Of a DNA stretch of 64,000 nucleotides, positions 37,693 to 46,152 are shown piece after piece. The DNA is from a virus. The notes under the pieces were generated by a model. It was not told where the DNA came from. It worked only from the letters and a program-made list of their open reading frames with translations, and made no database searches. Both the position numbers and the translations under genes were made by a program. How positions within the stretch are numbered: position 1 is the first letter of the stretch; every line of letters starts with the position of its first letter. The DNA lies in the IMG/VR virus record IMGVR_UViG_3300032053_000042, positions 1 through 64,000 of that record. One strand, 5' to 3'.

Positions 37693-38305
37693 CCAACCTC
37701 GGCATGTTCCGGTCAGCGTGGTTTTCTTGCAGAGGAACAAACTATAGCGCTGGTTCCAGCCGGGCCTTTTCTTGGTACCACAAACTCTGGTAACTGTTCC
37801 ACCGGGGCGGATTGTGGGTACGTGAGATCTAAGCGCTATAGACTCTTGAGCTGGTTCCAGCGGGACCAGAAAGTGGGCACGACAAACTCAAGCGCTGGTT
37901 CCACCCGGACCTGAATCTTGTCACCTGGAAAGTTGGTACCTACGCAAGGGATCCGAGGGGCGAGGTGAGCGTTATGGAAGCCCTAGGCTATCTGGGAGTA
38001 TAGGTCGAGACGCCACAATAAAGTGCACTAGCTACTCTAGGGCATCGTTTTGTACCAAGCGATCTAACTATGTTGCTAGTTCCAGCGGCGGGAGATCCGG
38101 TCACCACTTGCCAAGGCGCTGGTACCTGCCGGTACGGGACTTTGGTCCTACTTTTAGGAATGTTGAAAAAGTGGTACCAACGAGGAGGCGGTTTTGGTAC
38201 CAATAACGCCAATTGGATGGTACCAACTTGGAAGCGAGGAAGGGTCCGGTAGCAGAAGGCCGCCTAGGTCAATTCCTAGGCGACCTTAGAAGTGGTTAGT
38301 CGTTA

Positions 38306-38734
38306 CTACTTAACCTCTTCTGGAGGTATACATTCGATGCAAGTACCCTTGGTGCAACCTTCGCAAGGTTCGTCTGGATTAGGGCCAATCGCTCCTAGGA
38401 TCTTCTTTGACCAGGCCCTCGCTTCGTCGTGCCGTTTCTCCAGGTACTTATGAAGCTTGACTAATCCTTCAACGACTATAACTTCGGGTTGCTTCCGAAC
38501 CAGGTTCCCGTAGTAGTTCTGGACAATCTGTTGGCAGTAGCGAAGTATTCGTACGTTCTCGGGTGTGGGAATACTAAGCGCCTTGTCCATGGCTTCCTCT
38601 TGTTCTCGTACGTAGGTATAGAACTGCTTCATTGCTTCTGTTCCTGATAGCTGCTCCACAAATAGCTCGATCAATTGTTGGAGCTCATGCTGCATGGCCG
38701 ATATTCTTGTCGTTTCGCTCATTCCGGTTTCCAC
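38306..38734 (-). CDS. Hypothetical protein with C-terminal CxxC..C..C
   Basis: Shares RBS module AAAGGAGCAAACGAAC with the upstream gene. Confidence 0.55.
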   Translation of the reverse strand: METGMSETTRISAMQHELQQLIELFVEQLSGTEAMKQFYTYVREQEEAMDKALSIPTPENVRILRYCQQIVQNYYGNLVRKQPEVIVVEGLVKLHKYLEKRHDEARAWSKKILGAIGPNPDEPCEGCTKGTCIECIPPEEVK

Positions 38735-38794
38735 GTTCGTTTGCTCCTTTTGTTTGGCCTGGGCGACTTTTGGTCACCCAGGCTTTGGTTAAGG

Positions 38795-39160
38795 CTAGTT
38801 AGCCGCTGGGAACATCTTATGGATCTCTTCTTCTAAGGTTCCTGGAAATAGTGCTTCGGCACCTCCTTCGTGCCTACGAACTAGGCCTGCCATTCTAGAT
38901 GCGTCTGTTGCTGGTAGGTCCTTTCCGGCTTTGCTCCATCCTCCGCAGTAGAAAAGGTTGCGCTGGATTCCGGTCTTGCAATCCAAAAGGCGCACTCGAT
39001 TGGTGTGGTGCGGACGATAGTGGTCATAAGAAATGGTATTCCAAGTCTTAACCACTACAAAGTACCAACCTCGTTTACTTGCACGCAGAATATACTTGTC
39101 CAGTTCTGGCTGCAAGTTTTCCTTGAATACTCCTACAAACCATCCTTCTTCGCGCTCCAT
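38795..39160 (-). CDS. Early paralogue family member 2
   Basis: EGW...LDKYILRASKRG...RVRLLDCKTG.QRNLFYCGGW. Confidence 0.65.
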   Translation of the reverse strand: MEREEGWFVGVFKENLQPELDKYILRASKRGWYFVVVKTWNTISYDHYRPHHTNRVRLLDCKTGIQRNLFYCGGWSKAGKDLPATDASRMAGLVRRHEGGAEALFPGTLEEEIHKMFPAAN

Positions 39161-39271
39161 GTTCGTTTGCTCCTTTGTTCTAGTGCACACAATGTTTGGG
39201 ACATGATCTTGGAACCAATTTAATAGTGTTATTAACTTATTGGCTTATCCTTTCTTAACTATTATATAGGT

Positions 39272-39300
39272 ATTATACATTATTTCCGATAAAAAGTCAA
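39272..39300 (-). promoter_or_regulatory. Strong sigma70-type promoter (leftward)
   Basis: TTGACT-TTTTATCGGAAATAATG-TATAAT. Confidence 0.85.
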
Positions 39301-39533
39301 CGAACCTGTGCTAGTTCTGGACAGAGTAAAATATGATCAGATCAACAAACTCTGGTAGCTGTTCCAGAGGGTCATGGATTTAGAACCAAGTAACAGCGTA
39401 ACAATTTATAATGGATATAGAAGTTGATACCACTTGCCATATCGTTGGTACCAACACATGGAGAAGTTGTTGGCGAGTAGTAACAGGATTTGATTCTTAT
39501 ATTTTGCTGAGCGCGTGCCGACACGTTGTTACG

Positions 39534-39562
39534 TTGACTTTTAGTTTGAAATAATGTATACT
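39534..39562 (+). promoter_or_regulatory. Strong sigma70-type promoter (rightward)
   Basis: TTGACT-TTTAGTTTGAAATAATG-TATACT. Confidence 0.85.
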
Positions 39563-39703
39563 ATATTTAGATTAACATGAAGTTAATCAACTTAATAGTG
39601 TTAAGAAAGAGAGTGACAATAAGTTTAGTAACAAAACATTTTCTCAAGTCATACAGTTCTTGTAGAGTCGAAAGAGTCACAACAGAACAGAGGAGAGCAC
39701 AAA

Positions 39704-40024
39704 ATGCAGTTCGACAAAAAGATCTTAACAGAGTTACAAGAGAAGTCAATAAAGTTCTATCAGCTGACAAAAGAGCAGATAGTACAGTGGTCAACTAAAG
39801 AAGCAGGTAGCTGGATTGCACATCCTGAAACAGTAGTTGCTGCTTATGCTGCTGAGAGAAATAATGTTGACTTCATCGTTATTGCACAGTTCGATGATAA
39901 TGCTTTCATGGTCTTCACTGAAGGTGTCAACATTCAAGAAGAACTCTGTTATGAAGAGTACGATGAGTTAGTTGCACTGAATCAGTGGTACGTAGTAGTT
40001 AATGAGTACTTTCTCAGTAACTAA
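39704..40024 (+). CDS. Small acidic early protein
   Basis: AGGAG SD, own promoter and terminator; about 18 D/E versus 7 K/R. Confidence 0.65.
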   Translation: MQFDKKILTELQEKSIKFYQLTKEQIVQWSTKEAGSWIAHPETVVAAYAAERNNVDFIVIAQFDDNAFMVFTEGVNIQEELCYEEYDELVALNQWYVVVNEYFLSN

Positions 40025-40047
40025 GTAACTGTAGAGCAGAGTTAAGA

Positions 40048-40081
40048 AGAGTACAGAGTTGAGCAATCGATTCTGTACTCT
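40048..40081 (+). terminator. Terminator-like hairpin
   Basis: AGAGTACAGAGTTGA-GCAA-TCGATTCTGTACTCT then CTTTATGT. Confidence 0.65.
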
Positions 40082-40698
40082 CTTTATGTCTGTTACTAAT
40101 TGCCATCGAGCGATAGATTCGTGAGCTGGTTCCAGCGAGAAATTATCTTGACAATTGAAAAGATGTTAATCGATATTGAAAGATTGAAACTCTAGTAGCT
40201 GTAGAGGTTGTTGGTGACAATTGCCAAGCAACCTGTGGGACTGATAACTCTGATCCTGGTTCCAGCGACGGAAGTTCTTTAGGACTCGGAATCGTGCTGA
40301 TTCAAAAAGTGGTTCCAGCGCAGGGTGTCTGAGTTGACTTGATTTCGATGGTAATCGAACTAGATATCTAGATAGATTGAGACCAGCGATGATCGACTGG
40401 TCCCAATGAGTATAATAGTACTAGCTGATCTTGGCTGGTTGGCAACCTGTGGGACAATAAACTATGGAGCTGGTTCCAGTGATGATAAAGAAGTTGTTGA
40501 GATGATTATGAGGGTGGTTCCAGTGATGAGTGAAATAGTGTTAATAGAGATGTTAGTGATTGTGAGGGTGGTTCCAGAGGGTATTGTGATGTTGCGCGTC
40601 GTCGAAAAAACAACAAAAAACAATAACTAGCTAAACCCGACCAAACAAAAACCTAAAATAAAATAAAAGAATATAAAAAATGTGAAAAATCTTTGATC

Positions 40699-40872
40699 GG
40701 ATTACTTCGAGGATACTTTGAGTAACTGGATTACTTCGAGGATACTTCGAGTAACTGGATTACTTCGAGGATACTTCGAGTAACTGGATTACTTCGAGGA
40801 TACTTCGAGTAACTGGATTACTTCGAGGATACTTCGAGTAACTGGATTACTTCGAGGATACTTCAAGTAATT
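40699..40872. repeat. Tandem repeat, 6 x 29 bp (GGATTACTTCGAGGATACTTCGAGTAACT)
   Basis: Four identical central copies, first and last slightly degenerate; no spacers. Confidence 0.95.
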
Positions 40873-40894
40873 GGGTTACTTGTAAAACTCCCTA

Positions 40895-40923
40895 TTGACA
40901 ATTTTTTTGATTGGGTATATAAT
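40895..40923 (+). promoter_or_regulatory. Perfect consensus sigma70 promoter
   Basis: TTGACA-17 bp-TATAAT. Confidence 0.88.
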
Positions 40924-41046
40924 GATCGTGTCGGCCAGGATAGCAAAAAAAGATTGGGGTGAAAAAAATATAATAGACCGTAAAGCAATTAAAAAAGCGT
41001 ATATGGCGCACAAAAACCGTGTCTAAACAGTAAAAGAAGGGATAAA

Positions 41047-41475
41047 ATGTCAGCAAACATCAAGAAGGCGTTGGAAAATGCTAAATCAACGCAATCTAGC
41101 ACAGCAAAAACGCCTGCGGTTGACGTAACAAGGTTTGTTACCATCAAACAAGCATCGGTATTACTTGACAGAAGTATATATCGGACAAGGCAATTATATT
41201 GGGACGGACATTTCCCATCATCAGTAAAGCCAGAAAAAGAAGTCTATTTATTAAAAATAGAAGTCTTGGCCTGGAAAAAGATAATGGACGGTCGAGCGGT
41301 CAAAAACGACACGCTCGATGATAGCAGGATGGGCAAGCGAGTAGTATTTGCTTGCGAAACGGTAAATTTGTTGGTAACACAAGATACATCGCTAGGCAAG
41401 GAACTCCAAAACATAATAGCGAGTATTTTGGTAGGATATATAAAAGAAGGTCAAAGTATGATAAAAGAAAAGTAA
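41047..41475 (+). CDS. HTH DNA-binding protein (paralogue of 35193..35669)
   Basis: FVTIKQAS.LLDRSIYRTRQL..DG. Confidence 0.6.
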   Translation: MSANIKKALENAKSTQSSTAKTPAVDVTRFVTIKQASVLLDRSIYRTRQLYWDGHFPSSVKPEKEVYLLKIEVLAWKKIMDGRAVKNDTLDDSRMGKRVVFACETVNLLVTQDTSLGKELQNIIASILVGYIKEGQSMIKEK

Positions 41476-41564
41476 TAACAATAAATAAATAGAGCTAGGT
41501 CGGCAGGATTACGCCTAGCTCTCATAATATAGAGTCAAAGATAATAGAATATGGGAGAAGGATA

Positions 41565-41777
41565 ATGTACACGTTAAAAGAGGCCTCAGAAGTAACTGGT
41601 ATCAGTATCTATCGGATTAGAGCAATGGTATTGTCAGGAACGATAACAGGCGCAGTAAAAGTAGGTAATACCATAATGCTTACGGAAAAGACGGTCAGAT
41701 ACATATACAACGTACAAAAAGCGGTTCGGATATACAATCAAGTAATATCCGATGGTAAGCAAGGGAGAAACCAATGA
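41565..41777 (+). CDS. Small HTH protein
   Basis: YTLKEASEVTGIS..RIR.M...G.I.GA.KVG. Confidence 0.65.
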   Translation: MYTLKEASEVTGISIYRIRAMVLSGTITGAVKVGNTIMLTEKTVRYIYNVQKAVRIYNQVISDGKQGRNQ

Positions 41778-42085
41778 ATATCGCAACATATACCCAAACC
41801 TATAGAAATAATAGGAATGGATGGGTAGGAACGGAATTAGACCGTATAGAGCTTTGGAGTAACTTGATGCAATATGTAGAAAAAGCAGCCAAACGTGGAG
41901 TATGCTATACGGTAGGTATGCAATGGCACGTACACACGGGAGAAGGTACATATAGACCTATAACCTATAATTATGTAGAATTGTTGGCAATGTGGGGTGA
42001 AGGTGTAGTAAACCGTATTATACTACGCTGTTACATATATATTATAGGTGATATAGTAGTAAAATGGAGTAGAATATATAGATAA
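41774..42085 (+). CDS. Early paralogue family member 3
   Basis: RNGW...L.QYVEKAAKRG..Y....QWH.H. Confidence 0.6.
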   Translation: MNIATYTQTYRNNRNGWVGTELDRIELWSNLMQYVEKAAKRGVCYTVGMQWHVHTGEGTYRPITYNYVELLAMWGEGVVNRIILRCYIYIIGDIVVKWSRIYR

Positions 42086-42105
42086 TATAGAATAGATAGA
42101 TAAAC

Positions 42106-42591
42106 AGAGCGTAGTATAATCAGCGATACTACGCTCTCATAGAATAGGTTGATGTAGTAATCAGTAGTAATAAACAAGGAGAAAAGTGAAAGTTGTAAAA
42201 GAGAACTCAAAGCGTCATAACGGATGGGATGCGGATGTAGAATATGGGAAAGAACTTGTATGTAAACTCATATTATACATAGATAGAGCAAAAAACAGGG
42301 GTTATACCTACTCTATTATAAGCAAATGGCATACACACGTGAAACGTCAAGTACGTGGAATAGAGTATAGAGGAATTTGGCATTATACTACTAGTGTTGA
42401 CAAAGAGGTAATTATCTATAACAGAGTAGAATTAGTTGACAGGTGTACAAAAAAACACGTTAAACTGTTTTTCTATACAGGCGGTAGCAATAATACAGGT
42501 AATATGACAGGCAGATGGAAAAGACAATAAAATAATAATAAATAGGTAAACAAATAGAGCGTAGTATAATCAGCGATACTACGCTCTCATA
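42106..42591 (+). repeat. Identical 36-bp hairpin direct repeats (42106-42141, 42556-42591)
   Basis: AGAGCGTAGTAT-AATCAGCG-ATACTACGCTCT-CATA twice. Confidence 0.9.
42186..42530 (+). CDS. Early paralogue family member 4
   Basis: RHNGW...L.LYIDRAKNRG...KWHTH...RVELVD..T....LFFYTGG. Confidence 0.6.
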   Translation: MKVVKENSKRHNGWDADVEYGKELVCKLILYIDRAKNRGYTYSIISKWHTHVKRQVRGIEYRGIWHYTTSVDKEVIIYNRVELVDRCTKKHVKLFFYTGGSNNTGNMTGRWKRQ

Positions 42592-43124
42592 TTATCTAAC
42601 AATAATAGAATAAGATACAAAACCGCAGTTAAAATGACGGCCGTCGTCTATAAAAAGATAATTAAATATAATTAAATATAATTAAAATATAAATAAGAAA
42701 AAAGAAAGCAGAAAAAGTGTTGGGTTGGGGAAAAACAAACATCAAAGATAGTGGGAGTATGCACATTATCTTTTCAATGCTACCAATCACATCAGACTAC
42801 CGAACTTTTACACAACTTTACCATACTATCCATCTACATGCAACCCTCACCCTGGAATACGGCCCACCATATCTACGTTACCTAATTTTCCAGCAATGTT
42901 TAGGTCGTGTACGACGCTAGTACCATTCTAGGAGTGGGCCCATACGAGTTTGAAATTGTCTGAAATTGCTGAGAAAACAGGATAGAAGAAACGTGCGTCC
43001 CCCCGGAATTTGGCTTTTCTTTTGTGTTGGTTTGATGTACGGTATCAGTGTAAATATACTAAAACGTGCCGAGATTTAGGAGGTCGTCTGTGCCTACTCG
43101 TATCCATCGAACCAAGCTTGCCTA

Positions 43125-44075
43125 ATGCTAGACATCGCCACACTTAGGCAGCGTCAGAGCTTACCTTTGGAAGCAAAGGTCATGATGTCTCTACACAAGA
43201 TCAGGGAATGGTACGACCGCTGGCGTGGTCAAGTGTACGTTGCGTACAGCGGCGGTAAGGACAGCACAGTACTACTTCACCTAGTACGACAGTTTTACCC
43301 AGAAGTTCCTGCAGTGTTCAACAATACGGGCCTAGAGTACCCAGAAATCTTGGAACAGGTACGTGGCACAGAAAGCGTTGTATGGCTAAGGCCGAAGTAC
43401 TCATTTAAGGAGTGTTGCACCCGATGGGGTTTTCCAGCAGTAAGCAAAGAGGTATCTGACAAGGTACAACGTATCAGGAACACGAAGGACGAGCAGCTAA
43501 GGCAGCTATGGATGTACGGCAGGAATGACCAGGGAAGAACGACGATATTACGATTAAGCGATAAATGGCATTTTCTATTGCAGGCCCCGTTTAAGATAAG
43601 TCCTAATTGCTGTATACATCTAAAGAAGAATCCAGCTAAGCATTATGAGGGAGAAACCGGCTTGTGGCCGATGTTAGGTACACTAGCAGAGGAAAGCCTA
43701 GGACGCACAACGGAATACCTCCGCTTTGGTTGTAATAATTATACTAATAGCCGACCTAAAAGCACTCCGTTAGGCTTCTGGACAGAGCAGGATATACTAC
43801 AATATATTACACGGGAAGGGCTAAAGATTGCAGCAGTTTATGGCGACATAGTAGAGACCGATGGCCGTCTTCGTTGCATAGGCGAAGACAGAACTGGATG
43901 TATAGCGTGTCCCTTTGGTTGCCACGCTGGAGTACAAAACAGTTTTCAACGAATGGCCATAACTAAGCCGAAGTTACTTAACTGGATACTCGATGACCTA
44001 AGTATGCGACAAGTTCTTGACTTTACTGGAATTCCCTACACGGCACAGGATGTAGGATCTGAAGCTACATACTAG
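43125..44075 (+). CDS. PAPS-reductase-family PP-loop protein with Fe-S-type cysteines
   Basis: AYSGGKDS, NTGLEYPE, CC..LKK.P, P..FWTEQD, RTGC.AC.FG. Confidence 0.85.
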   Translation: MLDIATLRQRQSLPLEAKVMMSLHKIREWYDRWRGQVYVAYSGGKDSTVLLHLVRQFYPEVPAVFNNTGLEYPEILEQVRGTESVVWLRPKYSFKECCTRWGFPAVSKEVSDKVQRIRNTKDEQLRQLWMYGRNDQGRTTILRLSDKWHFLLQAPFKISPNCCIHLKKNPAKHYEGETGLWPMLGTLAEESLGRTTEYLRFGCNNYTNSRPKSTPLGFWTEQDILQYITREGLKIAAVYGDIVETDGRLRCIGEDRTGCIACPFGCHAGVQNSFQRMAITKPKLLNWILDDLSMRQVLDFTGIPYTAQDVGSEATY

Positions 44076-44090
44076 AGGTAACGTGTTATT

Positions 44091-44585
44091 ATGTCATTCA
44101 TCAACACCCGCACACAGTGGATCGTATTAGACGAGACGCAGTTCCAGCAGCTGCTGGGAGGGAGCGTTATAATGCCTGCATTTAATACGCGACAGCAACA
44201 AGTAGTTCTAGATAGTATCCAATTCACGCAGCTACAGGCGGTTCTAGCGTCCACGGCGGCCGCAGTTATAGCTGCGGCTGCACCCAAGCTACTAAGCGTC
44301 GAGACCGGAATCATAGCCAGTCCTATACAGTCGCAGGCAGGGGCAACGCAGTTAAATGATTATTCTACAGTACATGAAATATCGGTGTGTGCAACTGTTG
44401 GTGATGCCGTTAGACTCCCTCCTGCAGTTGCCGGTAAAATGGTCATTATCTGCAACAAAGGCGTAGAACAAGCGCAGGTTTGGCCTGCGATCGGAGACCA
44501 GCTTGACCCTAACAGTCCAAACGTGGCATCTAATTTTGTGCAATTTATTGCCGTAGACGATACACAGTGGTATTCGAGCAAATAA
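44091..44585 (+). CDS. Putative structural/decoration-like protein
   Basis: QAGATQL...ATVGDAVRLP.A.AG....I.NKG....VWPA.GD pattern seen in phage virion proteins. Confidence 0.4.
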   Translation: MSFINTRTQWIVLDETQFQQLLGGSVIMPAFNTRQQQVVLDSIQFTQLQAVLASTAAAVIAAAAPKLLSVETGIIASPIQSQAGATQLNDYSTVHEISVCATVGDAVRLPPAVAGKMVIICNKGVEQAQVWPAIGDQLDPNSPNVASNFVQFIAVDDTQWYSSK

Positions 44586-44673
44586 TTTGCCGTTAGTAAT
44601 ACGCTATGGAATTATATATACGATACGGTTACATTAGTCGTATCAGAATAATAGTGTTTAGATAGGTGATAAG

Positions 44674-45195
44674 ATGGAATGGTCCCTAATGCAACGCAAG
44701 TACCAACTCTGGCTAGCGGTTCCTAGCAAGAACCGCCCACGCAACCTTCGAAACCGCGAAGAGGTCGCCAAGGCTCTCGGCGTCGACGTCGACACCTTGC
44801 TGGTTTGGGAGGCTAGCGCTGGCTTCTGGGACGACACGTTCTCAATCGCTCGTGCCCTTATCGGCCACCGTCTAGCCGACATTCTCGAAGCTAACGCACG
44901 CGAAGCAGTACGTGGCAGTGTTACTGCCATGAAGCTCGCTTATCAGGTGTTGGGCGTAGCAAGTGAGAAGATTGAGCACAAACTGTCTATGGAAGACGAT
45001 CAGCTAGTGATTGTCATGCGTAACGCACCAGATAGTGCCCTCACCAAGCCACCTGCCCAGGCTTCTGGCACTGCACCTGTGCAGCCGAACACCGACGCTG
45101 CGGTAGCCGCAGCGATCGCGTCCGGCCTGATCACAGGTCTAGTCGGCTCTACTATACCCAAGTCCACATCAGAGTCGGACGTGGAGACAGAATAG
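44674..45195 (+). CDS. Terminase small subunit (HTH type)
   Basis: EEVAKALGVD..TL..W...GF, A..GSV.AMKL; upstream of TerL. Confidence 0.7.
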   Translation: MEWSLMQRKYQLWLAVPSKNRPRNLRNREEVAKALGVDVDTLLVWEASAGFWDDTFSIARALIGHRLADILEANAREAVRGSVTAMKLAYQVLGVASEKIEHKLSMEDDQLVIVMRNAPDSALTKPPAQASGTAPVQPNTDAAVAAAIASGLITGLVGSTIPKSTSESDVETE

Positions 45196-46146
45196 ATGAC
45201 AAGCTGGGGCGATCCAGGTAGCTTGCCTTATACGGCCTACACGAAGGCCCCTATGATCGCCTCTGGGCCCAAGCTGGCCCATAACGCGCCCCGCTTCCTA
45301 ATCACGCCAACCTATGAAGGCTCAGGCCAGGCTGCACACCCCGATGTCCTATATGACTCTCAAGAGCAGTGGTACTGGATGGCTATGACGCCCCTACCGC
45401 AGGAACAACCGACATTCGAGAACCCTTCGATACTGGTAAGCACTGACGGCAACAATTGGTTGCCACCTGTGGGTCTTGAAAACCCGATCGACGAGCCCAC
45501 AGCAGCGACCTGGACCGGTGCACCTGTGGGGCACAACTCTGATCCAGACCTGGTCCTGATTCCCAGCCCACGAGAGTTCGTCTGCTTCTGGAGATGGACC
45601 GACCAAGTCGAGCGCGAGATAATCTACTACTCCTGCTCCTCTGACGGTATCAAGTGGTCCCATAAGGTACCTCTCTTCCGCTCTCAACGCCTCAAGCGAT
45701 CGATGCTATCACCTTCTGTCGTATATAGATTTGGCCGCTGGGAGATGTGGTATGTAAGTGCGGTCACTAGTTGCCACCAATTATATCATCGATACTCCCA
45801 CAACCTTGCTAGAGGATGGTCTGATGCACAGGCGTGTACGCTACCAAGGCCAGACTGGCTTGAGCCTTGGCACGCAGACGTAATCTACGACTCGAAGGAC
45901 GAGGTATACGTAGCACTACTTCAGAATCGGCGAGGCTTGTTCCTCGCTAAGAGCCGTAATGGCACCCTGTGGAACCTACCAAGCTCAGTCCCTGTGCTAG
46001 AGCCTTCTGAGCGTGGGTGGGATGCCTCCCTGATTTATCGGTCTACACTGCTCAGGCGTCGGGATGATTATGATTGTTGGTACTCGGCTCGCGGCCTTGA
46101 CGGCTCTTTTCATATTGGCAGGACCTCAATTCCGCTGATAGCGTAG
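45196..46146 (+). CDS. Beta-propeller glycoside-hydrolase-like protein
   Basis: HPDV, ENPSILVSTDG.NW, NSDPDL, SSDGIKWS, LSPSV, PWH.DV, SRNG..W. Confidence 0.65.
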   Translation: MTSWGDPGSLPYTAYTKAPMIASGPKLAHNAPRFLITPTYEGSGQAAHPDVLYDSQEQWYWMAMTPLPQEQPTFENPSILVSTDGNNWLPPVGLENPIDEPTAATWTGAPVGHNSDPDLVLIPSPREFVCFWRWTDQVEREIIYYSCSSDGIKWSHKVPLFRSQRLKRSMLSPSVVYRFGRWEMWYVSAVTSCHQLYHRYSHNLARGWSDAQACTLPRPDWLEPWHADVIYDSKDEVYVALLQNRRGLFLAKSRNGTLWNLPSSVPVLEPSERGWDASLIYRSTLLRRRDDYDCWYSARGLDGSFHIGRTSIPLIA

Positions 46147-46152
46147 ACGCGT

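Larger units (their letters stand above)
37751..40576. repeat. Dispersed TGGTWCCA boxes (about 15 exact copies) in three intergenic clusters
   Basis: Starts at 37751, 37773, 37852, 37896, 38172, 38195, 38218, 39210 (reverse), 39446, 40127, 40257, 40310, 40471, 40515, 40569. Confidence 0.8.

Noticed and set aside
40406-40630. 74-aa ORF (and ORFs 37988-38212, 38070-38252)
   Set aside because: No convincing SD; translations merely reflect the TGGTWCCA repeats
40699-40872. CRISPR array
   Set aside because: The 29-bp units are head-to-tail with no unique spacers; no cas operon (24157-25167 is a generic PD-(D/E)XK nuclease in a recombination module)
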